Source of the DNA: Deinococcales bacterium
GTDB lineage: Bacteria > Deinococcota > Deinococci > Deinococcales > JAAFIG01
Assembly (NCBI GenBank): GCA_043778225.1
Contig: JAYWGM010000080.1
Coordinates: 1 to 64,000, forward strand
Direction of reading: 5' to 3'
DNA: 64,000 bases
Position 1 is the first letter of the stretch, and each line of letters starts with the position of its first letter. Under the pieces are notes generated by a model. It did no database searches. It saw nothing but the letters and a program-made list of their open reading frames with translations, and had not been told where the DNA came from. Below, in pieces: positions 18,261 through 29,732 of this stretch. The position numbers and the translations under genes were made by a program.

Positions 18261-19946
18261 ATGCAGACTTTTTCCCAGTACGCCGCAACCCGTTTGCTGC
18301 GCGAGCATCCGGCTCGAGCGCAAACCTTTGGTGGCATTGCGATTAAGACTGGCAGTATCCAAACCTATGCGGGCATAGACCTGATTACTGGAATGCCCGT
18401 TTTTATTTACACCATGCCCGAAAAGCCCAATGCAATTCCAGAAGTCTACAGCGAGTTTATCCCGACGATTCTCGAGCTTGGTTTTGAACACGACCTCGGC
18501 TTTGTGGTCACGGGCAGCGCTCCGGGCTACACCCCGATCAAACCAGTTTTGACCCAACAGCGCCTTGAGTGGTTGGTGCGCTCGAGCAGCCGTGCGATTG
18601 CCGATGCCCACAGCGTTGGTTTAATACACGGCAACCTCGAACCAAGTCATTTTCTAGCCTGCGGCGACCATTTACTGCTCGAGGGCTGGGGCTTACCGTG
18701 GGGAACTGCCAGCCCAGATTATCAAGCCCCAGAAACCAATATCTCCTTAGCGACCGATGTTTTTGCGTGGGCAAGAAGCATCACGATGTTTGGCAAAGGC
18801 AAACCTCGAGTCATGCTCGATGGTGAATTTGGACGCTTGGTCGGGCATTGCCTTAACCCGCGCCCGTCGGAGCGCCCAACCGCCCAAGAATTGGTCTTGG
18901 CACTCGAGCAAGTCTTGCCACCACGCAATCCGACCATCCCAGACATTGCCGAAACCGCCCTCGAGTTATCTGCTACCGAATTTCTCGAGACCGATACCAA
19001 CACCAGCAACCCAATTAAACGCACCAAGCCGCTCGAGATTCCAATTAAAATCCAAACCAAATCCGAACCAAGCACACGCCACAACAAACCAGAATTGCCT
19101 GTTTTTGTTGTTCCGTTGCCTGTCGAAGAACCTATTCTAACAGCTGTTGAAGTTGCTCCAGTCTCAAGTGTTGAAGTTACTCCAGTCTCAAGTGTTGAAG
19201 TTACTCCAGTCTCGAGTGTTGAAGTTGCTTCACCAGAAGCCAAACTTGATGCGATTGAAGCCGAGTTGTCAATAAAAACAATTCCAGAAGCACCCGAACA
19301 CCTCGAGCCTCTCCAACCACAAGCAGAACCAATTCTCGAGGTCTTACAGCTGCCAATCAGCCCCGAAATTCAGCCACAACCCGAGCCAGCCCAATTGAGC
19401 GAACCCGAACACTTGGCAGCCGATGAACCCGATGTTCAATTGCCCAGCCGAGCCTCGAGCCGCATCACCGACGACAGCGATGCCGATGCACCACGCCCAG
19501 CCATCCGTATTGGATTTGACGAAGAAGACCAATCTTGGCGCAGTGTCGTGACACCACAAAAAGCCCGTTCGCCGATTGGGCGTTGGATTATTATTGCCGT
19601 GCTGATTGGCTTGGTCATTGTTTTGGCTGGCATATTCTTGAGTCAACCCAAGCCAATCAGCGCCACCCCAAGACCAATCAATGTTCTAGGCGACCCCTCG
19701 AGTGGCAGTGTTGTGACTTTTAACTTGCGCGGCAGCGAGGGCATCAAAGGGCGTTTGATTATTGTTAGCGCCCCAAATAGCAGCAAATTAGCCGTTGGGG
19801 CATTGCTCGCCACTGTGCCAGGACCTGTGGCATTTCCAGTCAGTGGCGAGTACCGAGTCCGCATCGAAATACCCAACTACGACCCCAGTGAAATTACTGT
19901 TCGCGTGCCACAAGAAACCCAAGTCAATCTCGAGTTGCCACGATGA
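18261..19946 (+). CDS. Membrane-anchored Ser/Thr kinase-like protein (degenerate catalytic motifs)
   Basis: IHGNLEPSHFL, LEGWG, YQAPE, DVFAWA, CLNPRPSERPTA; Pro/Glu-rich linker, one TM helix, C-terminal beta domain. Confidence 0.75.
   Translation: MQTFSQYAATRLLREHPARAQTFGGIAIKTGSIQTYAGIDLITGMPVFIYTMPEKPNAIPEVYSEFIPTILELGFEHDLGFVVTGSAPGYTPIKPVLTQQRLEWLVRSSSRAIADAHSVGLIHGNLEPSHFLACGDHLLLEGWGLPWGTASPDYQAPETNISLATDVFAWARSITMFGKGKPRVMLDGEFGRLVGHCLNPRPSERPTAQELVLALEQVLPPRNPTIPDIAETALELSATEFLETDTNTSNPIKRTKPLEIPIKIQTKSEPSTRHNKPELPVFVVPLPVEEPILTAVEVAPVSSVEVTPVSSVEVTPVSSVEVASPEAKLDAIEAELSIKTIPEAPEHLEPLQPQAEPILEVLQLPISPEIQPQPEPAQLSEPEHLAADEPDVQLPSRASSRITDDSDADAPRPAIRIGFDEEDQSWRSVVTPQKARSPIGRWIIIAVLIGLVIVLAGIFLSQPKPISATPRPINVLGDPSSGSVVTFNLRGSEGIKGRLIIVSAPNSSKLAVGALLATVPGPVAFPVSGEYRVRIEIPNYDPSEITVRVPQETQVNLELPR
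19146..19232 (+). repeat. 24-bp in-frame tandem repeat (~3.5 copies, VEVTPVSS)
   Basis: GTTGAAGTT(G/A)CTCCAGTCTC(A/G)AGT repeated. Confidence 0.9.
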
Positions 19947-19968
19947 AGCTCAATCTCGAGTTGCCACA

Positions 19969-20469
19969 ATGAAACACGACAAAGCCAGCCGAAAAACCAT
20001 TTACCGTGGGAAAGTCTTAAATCTGCACCTCGATAACAATTATTGGGAAATTGCCGAACACAAACCCGCCGTGGCAATTTTGGCAATCCAAGACAACAAA
20101 ATGCTGCTGGTGCGCCAATACCGAGCGCCACTTGAGGATTTTACGCTCGAGCTTCCGGCTGGTTTAATCGAGGCTGGCGAAGATGTACTGACGGCAGCGG
20201 CTCGAGAGTTTGCCGAAGAGTGCATGATGGGCGGCGATTTGAGTTTACTGAGTCGTTTCTATGTTTCACCCGGTTTTTGCGACGAACTGGTACATTTGGT
20301 ACGCGCTGAAAATCTGCGCCCAGCTTACGGCATTCCCGACGACGACGAAGAGATTACCGTTGTGTTTTTAAGCCCCCAAGAACTCTTGGCTGGCGCTCGA
20401 GATGGCACTTTTAAGGTTTCCGCGCCAACCATTGCGGCAGCCTATTTGCTGCTTTCCGAAGGGCTGTGA
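19969..20469 (+). CDS. NUDIX hydrolase (ADP-ribose pyrophosphatase-like)
   Basis: ELPAGLIEAGEDVLTAAAREFAEE Nudix box; SPGFCDE. Confidence 0.92.
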   Translation: MKHDKASRKTIYRGKVLNLHLDNNYWEIAEHKPAVAILAIQDNKMLLVRQYRAPLEDFTLELPAGLIEAGEDVLTAAAREFAEECMMGGDLSLLSRFYVSPGFCDELVHLVRAENLRPAYGIPDDDEEITVVFLSPQELLAGARDGTFKVSAPTIAAAYLLLSEGL

Positions 20470-20546
20470 TTAGAAATTATCGGTAGACCGAGCCTACACA
20501 CTCGAGTTTCCTTAGCCGAGCCACCAGTCATGCTATAATTTTTAAC

Positions 20547-20792
20547 GTGAAAACAGCAATTTCAATTCCAAATCAAACATACCAAGATGCTGAACGAATT
20601 GCCGTAAAATTGGGGTTAAGTCGCAGTGCTTTATACACCAAAGCAATTGAAGAATTTATTTCTCGCCAACGAATTCAAAGCATTACTGACCAACTCAATA
20701 CAGTTTACAATGAAACCGACTTGACCCTCGAAGAACAAAACTTTACTCGAGCCGCCGCTCAAGAGGGTCTAAAAAGCGTGTCATGGCAATAA
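20547..20792 (+). CDS. RHH antitoxin (MazE/ChpI-like), orphan
   Basis: MKTAISIP..GLSRSALYTKAIEEF..ITDQLNTVY; TGCTATAAT promoter. Confidence 0.8.
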   Translation: MKTAISIPNQTYQDAERIAVKLGLSRSALYTKAIEEFISRQRIQSITDQLNTVYNETDLTLEEQNFTRAAAQEGLKSVSWQ

Positions 20793-20849
20793 AATTTCAT
20801 ACAAAAAACGAGGCAAACATTGCGCTTGCCCCGTTGCTCGAGCTTCAAT

Positions 20850-21896
<1,047 letters not shown>

Positions 21897-21991
21897 TCAG
21901 GATTCCGAGATTTGGTATACCTTTGAGCATAACAAGATTTGCGGCAAAATTCGAGGTTTTTGCCCCGTTTCTCGAGAATGAAAGGAAATTG

Positions 21992-22537
21992 ATGCCAGAT
22001 AAAATCCGACCCCAATACGAAAGCCTTGGTGTAGAAGGCTATTACCAAACCCACGGCGCAACTTATCGCAATCCACACGAGAAACAAATCCATGTGCTGC
22101 TCGAGGATTTTCGGACTGAACTTGACTTCACAAAAGTCTTGGATTTAGCCTGTGGCAGTGGCGAAGTCAGCCTTAAATTGCTCGAGTTTGGAGCGACTGT
22201 CAGTGGCATAGACCCATTCACCGCCGAGGCATACCACAAACGTACTGGCTTGGTTGCCGAGCCAATAACCTTCGAGCAAATTAGCGACGGGATACTCGAG
22301 GAGCGGCAGTACAGTTTAATCGTTTGCAGTTTTGCCTTACACCTTGCGGCGCAATCAAAATTAGCCGTGCTGTGTTACCAGTTGGCGCGTATCAGCCCAA
22401 GTTTACTGATTTTATCACCGCACAAACGCCCAATTCTAAAACCCGAGTGGGGTTGGGAACTGCATAGCCAAAAAAGTTTTGAACGGGTTAAAGGAAGGCT
22501 GTTTAGATCAGCATTTCTCGAGCCAGAGTCGGTTTGA
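21992..22537 (+). CDS. Class I SAM-dependent methyltransferase
   Basis: VLDLACGSGE motif I; AAAGGA RBS. Confidence 0.85.
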   Translation: MPDKIRPQYESLGVEGYYQTHGATYRNPHEKQIHVLLEDFRTELDFTKVLDLACGSGEVSLKLLEFGATVSGIDPFTAEAYHKRTGLVAEPITFEQISDGILEERQYSLIVCSFALHLAAQSKLAVLCYQLARISPSLLILSPHKRPILKPEWGWELHSQKSFERVKGRLFRSAFLEPESV

Positions 22538-22573
22538 CCAAACATTTCATCTATTTTGTGGTCAAATAGAGCC

Positions 22574-23239
22574 ATGAAATTGCTTTTGGTGCTGACCTCG
22601 AGTTTGCTGGTCTTTCTTGGTTGGGTTTTGGCGCAACCGACAGGTGTCAATGGTGAATGGGTCGCCAAAGCCGTCAATCGAACCATCAGCTTAAAAATCG
22701 AAGAAGCGGCTGGGCTGGTGACTGGCACACTCGATGGCATGGGCGAAACTTTTCGACTGAGTGGGCGCTTAACTGGCTTCAAAGCCGAAGGCACGGCGAC
22801 CAGCGCCAGTGGTGAAGCCTATTTTTCTTTTGAAGTCAAGCAGGATACGCTCAGTTTGACTTTGGCAAATTTTGACAGCCAAGGTAAGCCAGACTCGAGC
22901 AGTGGCGTGACGGTGGTTCTCGAGCGCGATTTTGGACCCAAAGCCCAAGCCGGATTTAGCGTCCCCGGTTTTGCTCCACCGCCCGAAGACCCTTTAATTG
23001 CCACATGGCGCAATGCTAATATTATTTTAACCCTAAAAAGCAATGGCGCAAATAAATACACTGGCACAATCGAAATCTCAAAGCAAAAAGTTGCCATCAC
23101 GGCTGCTGGCAATCATATGAACCTCAAAGGCAGCTTTAAGTTGGGCAAACAGAATAAGGCTTTTAGCGCCAAACTCGAGAGTGACCGCCTTAAATTTATT
23201 TTGGATGGTAAAACCCAGACGCTTGGGCGGGCGCGTTGA
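22574..23239 (+). CDS. Secreted beta-rich hypothetical protein
   Basis: Signal peptide MKLLLVL..VLA; two similar beta domains. Confidence 0.7.
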   Translation: MKLLLVLTSSLLVFLGWVLAQPTGVNGEWVAKAVNRTISLKIEEAAGLVTGTLDGMGETFRLSGRLTGFKAEGTATSASGEAYFSFEVKQDTLSLTLANFDSQGKPDSSSGVTVVLERDFGPKAQAGFSVPGFAPPPEDPLIATWRNANIILTLKSNGANKYTGTIEISKQKVAITAAGNHMNLKGSFKLGKQNKAFSAKLESDRLKFILDGKTQTLGRAR

Positions 23240-23296
23240 ATTCAGTAAACGGTTACGGTAGTATGCGTGCCGCCTAATGGCAATTTGGAGGAAATT

Positions 23297-24559
23297 ATGA
23301 ACTTACGCAAAGCGTTTGGAGTATCGTTAGCGCTCGCAGCAGGAGTTGCGGGTTTAAGTGTTTCGCAAGTCGGCGCACAAGAAAAATTACAAATGGAATT
23401 TGTGACCACCAGTTTACAACCATTTGCCGATTTCTTTAACCCATTGGTGACAAAATACAACGCCAACAACACAGGGCAGAACCTCAAATGGACCGACTTG
23501 CCACAAGCTGCAATTCAACAAAAAGTCTTATCTGGGGTAGCGGCAGGGAATCCACCCAACGCGGTACAAATGAACAGCACCCAAATTCTAGAGCTTGCCC
23601 AACAAGGCGCACTCGAGAACCTGAGTAGCTTATTAGACACAAAAACCCTTAATGTCTACCAAAAACAGGCTTTAGCCGCTTTTACTTTTGATGGCAAGGT
23701 CTATGGTCTACCCGATTATGCCAGCCCACGGATTATTTTATTTAACCGCGACATCTTGAAAAAAGCAGGTTTGGATGGACAAGAACTGCCACGTACCCAA
23801 GGTGGTGTGATTGCTTGGGCAAAAATTATTGCCGAAAAGGCTGGCGTATTTGGTTTCTCGCCACTGATTGCCAATGCCGATATTCTCAAAGTCTTCCAAG
23901 AAGAAGGCTTACCACTTTTTAGCAACGACCGCAAAAAAGCCGTCTTTAATAGCTCAGCCCATGTGGCACTGTTGCAAAAATACATGGACTTACGCAAGAG
24001 CAATGTCTTTAGCGAAGAAAGCATGAAAGGCATTGGCGCAAGTTATAACCTTTATACCGCCGGTAAGCTCGGAATGTGCATCGTTGGCATCACCTTTGTG
24101 CCGCGTTTAGCCACCGATTCCCCAGCGATTTTCAAAACCACCGCGATTGCCGCTAACCCGATTGCGGCTGGACAGATTACCCAAGCCAGCACCTTTGCAT
24201 ATGCTGTCCCAAGTGGTACAAAAAACCCCAAAGCCAGCGCCACCTTGGCTGCTTGGCTGACCAACGACGACAACCAATTGGCATTTGCCGTGCGCGTCAA
24301 AACCGTTTTCCCAACCACCGTCAAAGCGGCTCGAGACCCATTCTTTACCAGTGGTAAAAACAGCACCGATTTGGTCGAACAAGCCCGATTTGCAGGTTCG
24401 CAAACCATGAAAAGCGCCAAAGAATTAACCCCAGTTGTCCCCAACGCCAGCACACTCAATAAAGCTGTTAAGGACAACATCGAAGCTGCAATTTTTGGAC
24501 AAAAAACCGCTAAACAAGCCCTTGATGCGGCGGTCGCCATCTGGAACGCCAACCTCTAA
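23297..24559 (+). CDS. Sugar ABC transporter substrate-binding protein
   Basis: Signal peptide; DGKVYGLP, LFNRDILKKAG, TAKQALDAA; GGAGG RBS. Confidence 0.9.
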   Translation: MNLRKAFGVSLALAAGVAGLSVSQVGAQEKLQMEFVTTSLQPFADFFNPLVTKYNANNTGQNLKWTDLPQAAIQQKVLSGVAAGNPPNAVQMNSTQILELAQQGALENLSSLLDTKTLNVYQKQALAAFTFDGKVYGLPDYASPRIILFNRDILKKAGLDGQELPRTQGGVIAWAKIIAEKAGVFGFSPLIANADILKVFQEEGLPLFSNDRKKAVFNSSAHVALLQKYMDLRKSNVFSEESMKGIGASYNLYTAGKLGMCIVGITFVPRLATDSPAIFKTTAIAANPIAAGQITQASTFAYAVPSGTKNPKASATLAAWLTNDDNQLAFAVRVKTVFPTTVKAARDPFFTSGKNSTDLVEQARFAGSQTMKSAKELTPVVPNASTLNKAVKDNIEAAIFGQKTAKQALDAAVAIWNANL

Positions 24560-24598
24560 ACCCTAGGCTCGAGAAAATCCCTGCACAAGCGGGGGTTT

Positions 24599-25624
24599 TT
24601 ATATTTTGATAACTTGCCCTTCGGCAGCCCGAAAGAGTCGGTCGTTCAAGGCTCTGCCCAAGCCGATATTCTCAAACTGATGCGCCAAAATATGGGTGCA
24701 ACCCGCACGGTCAAGGCTTCGCATTCCAGCAAAGAGTTTAGCGGCAATGCTCGAGAAATTAGAACCCAAATCAAACTGTTTAGCCCGAATACTGGACAGC
24801 GACTCGAGGCTAGAACTGGGCAGCAACAAACCGAGTTTTTGGTGCTGGTACATTTTAGCAGTCTCGAGTAACCCAACCGAATGCTCGAGCAGCAGCAGCT
24901 TGGCTTTGGGGCTGTAATGCTTTAGGAGCATCCCGGGGGCTGGTTGCCGTGTACGCTCCTCGAGAACCGACTCAAAAGGCAGCAGCACCGTTCCAATCAG
25001 GGCTTCGATGTCCTCGAGCGCCACACCACCCGGACGCAATAAGGTTGGCGCTCCAAGCAGACTCAGCACCGTGCTTTCTAAGCCAATTCGTGCTTCTCCA
25101 CCATCCAGAATGGCATCTATTCGCCCATCCAAATCCTCGAGTACCATGGCAGCATTGGTCGGTGAAGGACGTGAGAATAAATTGGCACTGGGCGCAGCAA
25201 TCGGCACACTTGCTGCCGTAAGCAAGGCTTGTGCCACCGCATGGGCTGGCACTCGAGCCGCAACGCTGTTGCCGCCAGCCGTGACCTCGAGCGGCACAAT
25301 TTTTGTTTTTGGCAATACCAGTGTTAAAGCGCCCGGCATAAATTGTTGGGCAAGGCTCGAGACCAGGCTTTCTATCCCATCTAAGCAGGCAATGCTCGAG
25401 AATTGACTGGCATCCTCGAGGTGTAAAATTAATGGGTCTGAACTTGGGCGTTTTTTAGCAAAAAAGATTTTTTGTACGGCGCTCGAGTCTAAACCGTTTG
25501 CGCCTAAGCCGTAGACTGTTTCGGTTGGAAATGCCACCAAGCCACCCGATTGAATGATTTTAGCCGCCTCGAGTATGGCTGTGGCTTGGGGGTTTGTGGC
25601 ACTGACGCTTAAAATTTGGGTCAT
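24599..25624 (-). CDS. sua5: Threonylcarbamoyl-AMP synthase (Sua5 type)
   Basis: VAFPTETVYGLGA, AAPSANLFSRPSPT, APGMLLKHYSP. Confidence 0.95.
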   Translation of the reverse strand: MTQILSVSATNPQATAILEAAKIIQSGGLVAFPTETVYGLGANGLDSSAVQKIFFAKKRPSSDPLILHLEDASQFSSIACLDGIESLVSSLAQQFMPGALTLVLPKTKIVPLEVTAGGNSVAARVPAHAVAQALLTAASVPIAAPSANLFSRPSPTNAAMVLEDLDGRIDAILDGGEARIGLESTVLSLLGAPTLLRPGGVALEDIEALIGTVLLPFESVLEERTRQPAPGMLLKHYSPKAKLLLLEHSVGLLETAKMYQHQKLGLLLPSSSLESLSSIRAKQFDLGSNFSSIAAKLFAGMRSLDRAGCTHILAHQFENIGLGRALNDRLFRAAEGQVIKI

Positions 25625-25706
25625 ATCAACGCCAGATGCTCCTTGAGCAAAATGTCTAACTTGACCATCAGCGCTTTGGATTGCGCTGCAAATCAGCGAC
25701 CATATG

Positions 25707-28700
25707 TTATTTTAGCACAGCTTTTGTCGTGGGTTTACGCCCAGCCACCAATGTTTTGGTCAGTGCCGTAAAACCAATTTCATTGCCCGTCGCCAAAAGT
25801 TTTGCCTGTTCTGCCCATGTAGACTGGCTTGGCGCAAGTCGGATTTTAGCAGACTCGAGGGCGGCTTTTAAGGCTTGGGCATCGGTCGCCGCTAAACTCG
25901 AGAAGGTCGTGATGCCCGAGGCAACCAAGGCAGCCGCGATTTTTGGACCTATTCCTTCGATTCGGGCTAAATCGTCCACATCAGCTATTTTTGCTTTGGC
26001 TGATTTAGCAATACCCTTAGCTTTAGCAACAGTCGGTTTTGTGCTGACTTTGGTTTTTGTAGTAACCAGAACCGATTTTCTTGACTTTGAGGGCTGGGTT
26101 ACGACCACTTTAGATTTCACTGTTTTGACTGGTTTTTCTATCTTTTCTTTGCTTGGCTTTGTTGTTTCAAAGTCAAGGCAATACCCGTTTTGAATCACCA
26201 TTTTCTCGGTTTTCTCGAGTAATTTTACTTGGCTTGAGCCTCGGCTGGCGCTTTCTACAAAAGCAGCAAAGGCTTCGGCATGAACATAGCGTTTGTCCTC
26301 GAAGGTATTTAAGCCAATTGCCATAACCGCATTGACATCTGCCAGTAAAATTTTGAAAATTGCGGCACTGGTTTTAGCCGTCTCGAGGGCTTCGTGGGTG
26401 GTTACCAAAAGTAAGACTCGAGCCGCGCTCCGACCTGCGTTACCATTGCTGGTGTCACGAAAGGCTCGAGTCAGTTGACGCGCCAGCAGCCATTCATCGG
26501 CTATTTTTTGTGGCGTTTGCTCGGTCAGCATGGCTACCCGCCTGATGGTTATCAATGCCATCTGTTCAAGGGCTGCTTCAGAAGTGCTGCACACCAATTG
26601 CTCGAGGTCAGCCCGAAGCCCAACCGCAAACATTGCCCCCGCCAAATCCTTTTTGCTGTGGGCTTCAATGCCATCGGCTAAAGACTTGGCTTTGGCTTCA
26701 AGCTCGCCATACAAAACTGCACTTGGCTCGAGCAGCGCCCGAGCGGTACTTGAATTGATCAAGTCATTCCACGGGGTCAGGATTTTCTCGAGGTAGAGTT
26801 CCTGAACGGCTGTTTTGATGTCTTCAACACCGCGCCCACCGAGCATTTGCTCGAGACGAGCATACCGCCCATCCGAATCGGTAATTTCGTACCAGCCAAG
26901 CAGCACCGCCCGACCATACGCCCCAAGTTGCACAGAAAAACCATCTTGATTGATTCTGGCACTATTTTTAATATACTCGAGACCCGAAACGTTATCGCGG
27001 TAAATTGCAAAGTGGTTACTTTGGCTCGAGAGTTGCAGCGCTTCGGCAATGCCCGATTGGCGTTCGCTGTACAAACACGAATTGATCGTGACATTAGCAA
27101 AATGAGTCGAGTTGTTGTAAAAGACCAATGCCCGTTCGCTACCAGCCCGATTTGAAAACGCAAAGACATGATCGTGGGTCACTTCAAACAGCGCAAAATG
27201 TTCGACTTCGGCAAATAAATAACGCTTTTTTAAGAGCGGGAAAATCTGAGTTTCATGGTGTGCCATAAAGCCCAAATCTGGTTTTTCGTCGTAGTACGCC
27301 CGTTGGTACTCCATGCCGTATTTTTCGGTGTAGCCCTCGACTTGCCCATGCCCAAGCATTGGCAGCCCCGGTAAGGTGGCGCAAAGCGTCATGATGCCAA
27401 AATATTTATCGGTTTTACCAAATTGCTCGACGGCAGTTTTTTCGTCGGGGTTACTTAAAAAATTAACATAGCGCTTCAAAATTTCTGGCTCAAACTCGAG
27501 TGTATTTTTAATCACCTCGCGGTACTCAGCATTGCGTTCATCGCGCAGCATGACCATAAACGCCGAATTATAGACACGGTGCATCCCCAAGGTGCGGACA
27601 AAATAGCCCTCCATCATCCAGAAGGCTTCTGCCAAAAGCAAGGTATCTGGCACTTCGGTAGCAGCACGGTCTACCACTTCACGCCAGAATTCGTTGGGCA
27701 TGATGCGATCAAATTCTTCTCGAGTCATGCCGTACTCGCTTCTCGAGGCGATGCCTTCGCCCGAACCCGGCTCTGGAAACCAAAGGCGTTTAATGTGGCG
27801 CTTGGCGAGGGTCATGGCAGCATCAAAGCGAATAATCGGGAATTGCCGCGCCACCCGAAAAATTGTTTGAATCACGGCTTCTCGAGCGGCTGGATTGATA
27901 TAATCAAGTTGTGCTGTATCGTTCCAAGGCAGGCTCGTACCGTCGTTGCCGTGGTAAATAATTCGAGTCTCACCATTCTGACCAACGTACTTAAAGGTCA
28001 CGGCAGCATCGGATTTATCGTAATAATGATCCTCGAGAAAAACCTGCATTCGGCTATCGGCGCTTAAATTCTGCGAGGTGTAGCTATAACTCGGGTACGG
28101 CGAAGTTGGGCGCTGCAAAAACCAGTCAGGGTGTTCTGCCATCCATTTGCTGTCAATGCCGGTATGATTGGGAACCATATCCGAAGCCATGCGAATCCCA
28201 ACCCGCCAAGCTCGAGTTTTCAGGTTCTCGAGGGCTGGCTCACCGCCAAGCGCGACCGCAATGCTGTAATCCCAAAGGCTATAGGCACTGGCAACCGCAT
28301 CTGGGTTGCCCATGCGGTGTTTAATTTCTTTGCTGGCTTGGCTGCGTTCCCACAAACCAATCAGCCATAGCCCAGTAATCCCCCAACGCGCCATGTTCTC
28401 GAGTTCGGCATCTGGGATTTGGTCTAACGTGCGAATTTGGCGGTTGTACTGCTTACTCAGTTGGTCAAGCCAGACAAAAGCATTTTTTGCGATTAAGACC
28501 ACCCGAGGCATCCAATTCTGGTCGAGCGTAAAGGCTTCGGGTTCGTCCTCGAGCATCTGGCGTGAAACTGTACGAATTTGCGCTTCGGCTTTGAATTCTG
28601 CACCACCACCATCAAAGTCCCGCACATTCTGCGCCACAAAAAAACGGGCTTCTTCGGCAAATAAATCTAAGCCACCACGCAATTTAAGTTCTAAAGTCGC

Positions 28701-29387
28701 AAAACGCCCGGCTGTACCACGGCGCTCAAAGACCCCACCAAAACGCCCCATCAACGACCGCAATTGCGTCTCGAGTGAATCTGGGTGCTGCATCGCGGGC
28801 AAGCGCAAGGCTTTCCAAAGGCTTGTGCCACCAAAACTGGGTTGACCCTCCAAAAAAGACTCAAGGCTCGAGATAACACTGCGGTAAGCACTCGAAGAAG
28901 CAATCACTTCATCCTCGAACAAATCTTTATAGGGCATAAAAGCGGGGTTGTTGTTCTCGAGCCAGAGCAGCAGCATTTCCTCGAGCAGAATTTCTTTGTT
29001 GGCAGGCAAAGCCAAGTAATCCTCGAGTGTTTGCTTATTTTGGTAAACCGCCGTCGGTGGGAATTCTTGGGCGAAGCGCGTCAGCGTTGCATCCAAACGT
29101 TCGCCGTACTGCGCTCCCAATGCCTCAAGCGCCTCTTGCCAAAGCCTTGGCGCATGGTTCTCGCGGTACTCGAGCAGCAGACCATGCAGCACCTCGTCTA
29201 TCAAGCCCATGGCGTTGATGTCGCCGGCTCTGGCATTGCGCCCCGGTGTGACCGCATTGAGGGCGGCAGCAAAACGCCGCGCCGCCGCGAAGTCGGCAAA
29301 AATCACCCGTCCAGAGGTGGTGAACAGCGCCGCATCAAAATTATGGCGGTCACGGACGGAGCGCAGGATATGTAGCTCGAGATTCAT
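25707..29387 (-). CDS. Alpha-amylase (GH13) family protein with C-terminal Lys-rich linker and helix-hairpin-helix domain
   Basis: DMVPNHTG, IRFDAAMTL, LLAEAFW, FLSNPDE; C-terminal DDLARIEGIGPKIAAAL. Confidence 0.88.
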   Translation of the reverse strand: MNLELHILRSVRDRHNFDAALFTTSGRVIFADFAAARRFAAALNAVTPGRNARAGDINAMGLIDEVLHGLLLEYRENHAPRLWQEALEALGAQYGERLDATLTRFAQEFPPTAVYQNKQTLEDYLALPANKEILLEEMLLLWLENNNPAFMPYKDLFEDEVIASSSAYRSVISSLESFLEGQPSFGGTSLWKALRLPAMQHPDSLETQLRSLMGRFGGVFERRGTAGRFATLELKLRGGLDLFAEEARFFVAQNVRDFDGGGAEFKAEAQIRTVSRQMLEDEPEAFTLDQNWMPRVVLIAKNAFVWLDQLSKQYNRQIRTLDQIPDAELENMARWGITGLWLIGLWERSQASKEIKHRMGNPDAVASAYSLWDYSIAVALGGEPALENLKTRAWRVGIRMASDMVPNHTGIDSKWMAEHPDWFLQRPTSPYPSYSYTSQNLSADSRMQVFLEDHYYDKSDAAVTFKYVGQNGETRIIYHGNDGTSLPWNDTAQLDYINPAAREAVIQTIFRVARQFPIIRFDAAMTLAKRHIKRLWFPEPGSGEGIASRSEYGMTREEFDRIMPNEFWREVVDRAATEVPDTLLLAEAFWMMEGYFVRTLGMHRVYNSAFMVMLRDERNAEYREVIKNTLEFEPEILKRYVNFLSNPDEKTAVEQFGKTDKYFGIMTLCATLPGLPMLGHGQVEGYTEKYGMEYQRAYYDEKPDLGFMAHHETQIFPLLKKRYLFAEVEHFALFEVTHDHVFAFSNRAGSERALVFYNNSTHFANVTINSCLYSERQSGIAEALQLSSQSNHFAIYRDNVSGLEYIKNSARINQDGFSVQLGAYGRAVLLGWYEITDSDGRYARLEQMLGGRGVEDIKTAVQELYLEKILTPWNDLINSSTARALLEPSAVLYGELEAKAKSLADGIEAHSKKDLAGAMFAVGLRADLEQLVCSTSEAALEQMALITIRRVAMLTEQTPQKIADEWLLARQLTRAFRDTSNGNAGRSAARVLLLVTTHEALETAKTSAAIFKILLADVNAVMAIGLNTFEDKRYVHAEAFAAFVESASRGSSQVKLLEKTEKMVIQNGYCLDFETTKPSKEKIEKPVKTVKSKVVVTQPSKSRKSVLVTTKTKVSTKPTVAKAKGIAKSAKAKIADVDDLARIEGIGPKIAAALVASGITTFSSLAATDAQALKAALESAKIRLAPSQSTWAEQAKLLATGNEIGFTALTKTLVAGRKPTTKAVLK

Positions 29388-29537
29388 GAGAGCAGGATAC
29401 CACAGTGCTTAAACGCGTTTGAAACCGTTACGTTTTTGGCGTACAAAAGCCAAGTATCAAAAAAGTATAGCTTGGCACGCCACACCAAAGCTCATCACAA
29501 GCTCGAGTATCGTATGCCAATATCATTTGAATAAATT

Positions 29538-29642
29538 TTACTTGCCACCAGCAACACTAGGAAGACCATTAGCCAGTGCAAATTGCGTGACAGCCATTGC
29601 CAAGACAATCAAACGAAAACCAATTAAACGTACTTTTTTCAT
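29538..29642 (-). CDS. 34-aa putative secreted peptide precursor MKKVRLIGFRLIVLAMAVTQFALANGLPSVAGGK
   Basis: GGAGG RBS 5 nt before ATG; Sec-type signal ending in A-L-A. Confidence 0.7.
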   Translation of the reverse strand: MKKVRLIGFRLIVLAMAVTQFALANGLPSVAGGK

Positions 29643-29732
29643 ACAAACCTCCAGAGTTTGTGAAGCTCCGTTAGTTTGTGCTAACCTCAGTGAGAAGCTG
29701 TCTGTCCAAATCAACAAAAACGGTGAAAGACT

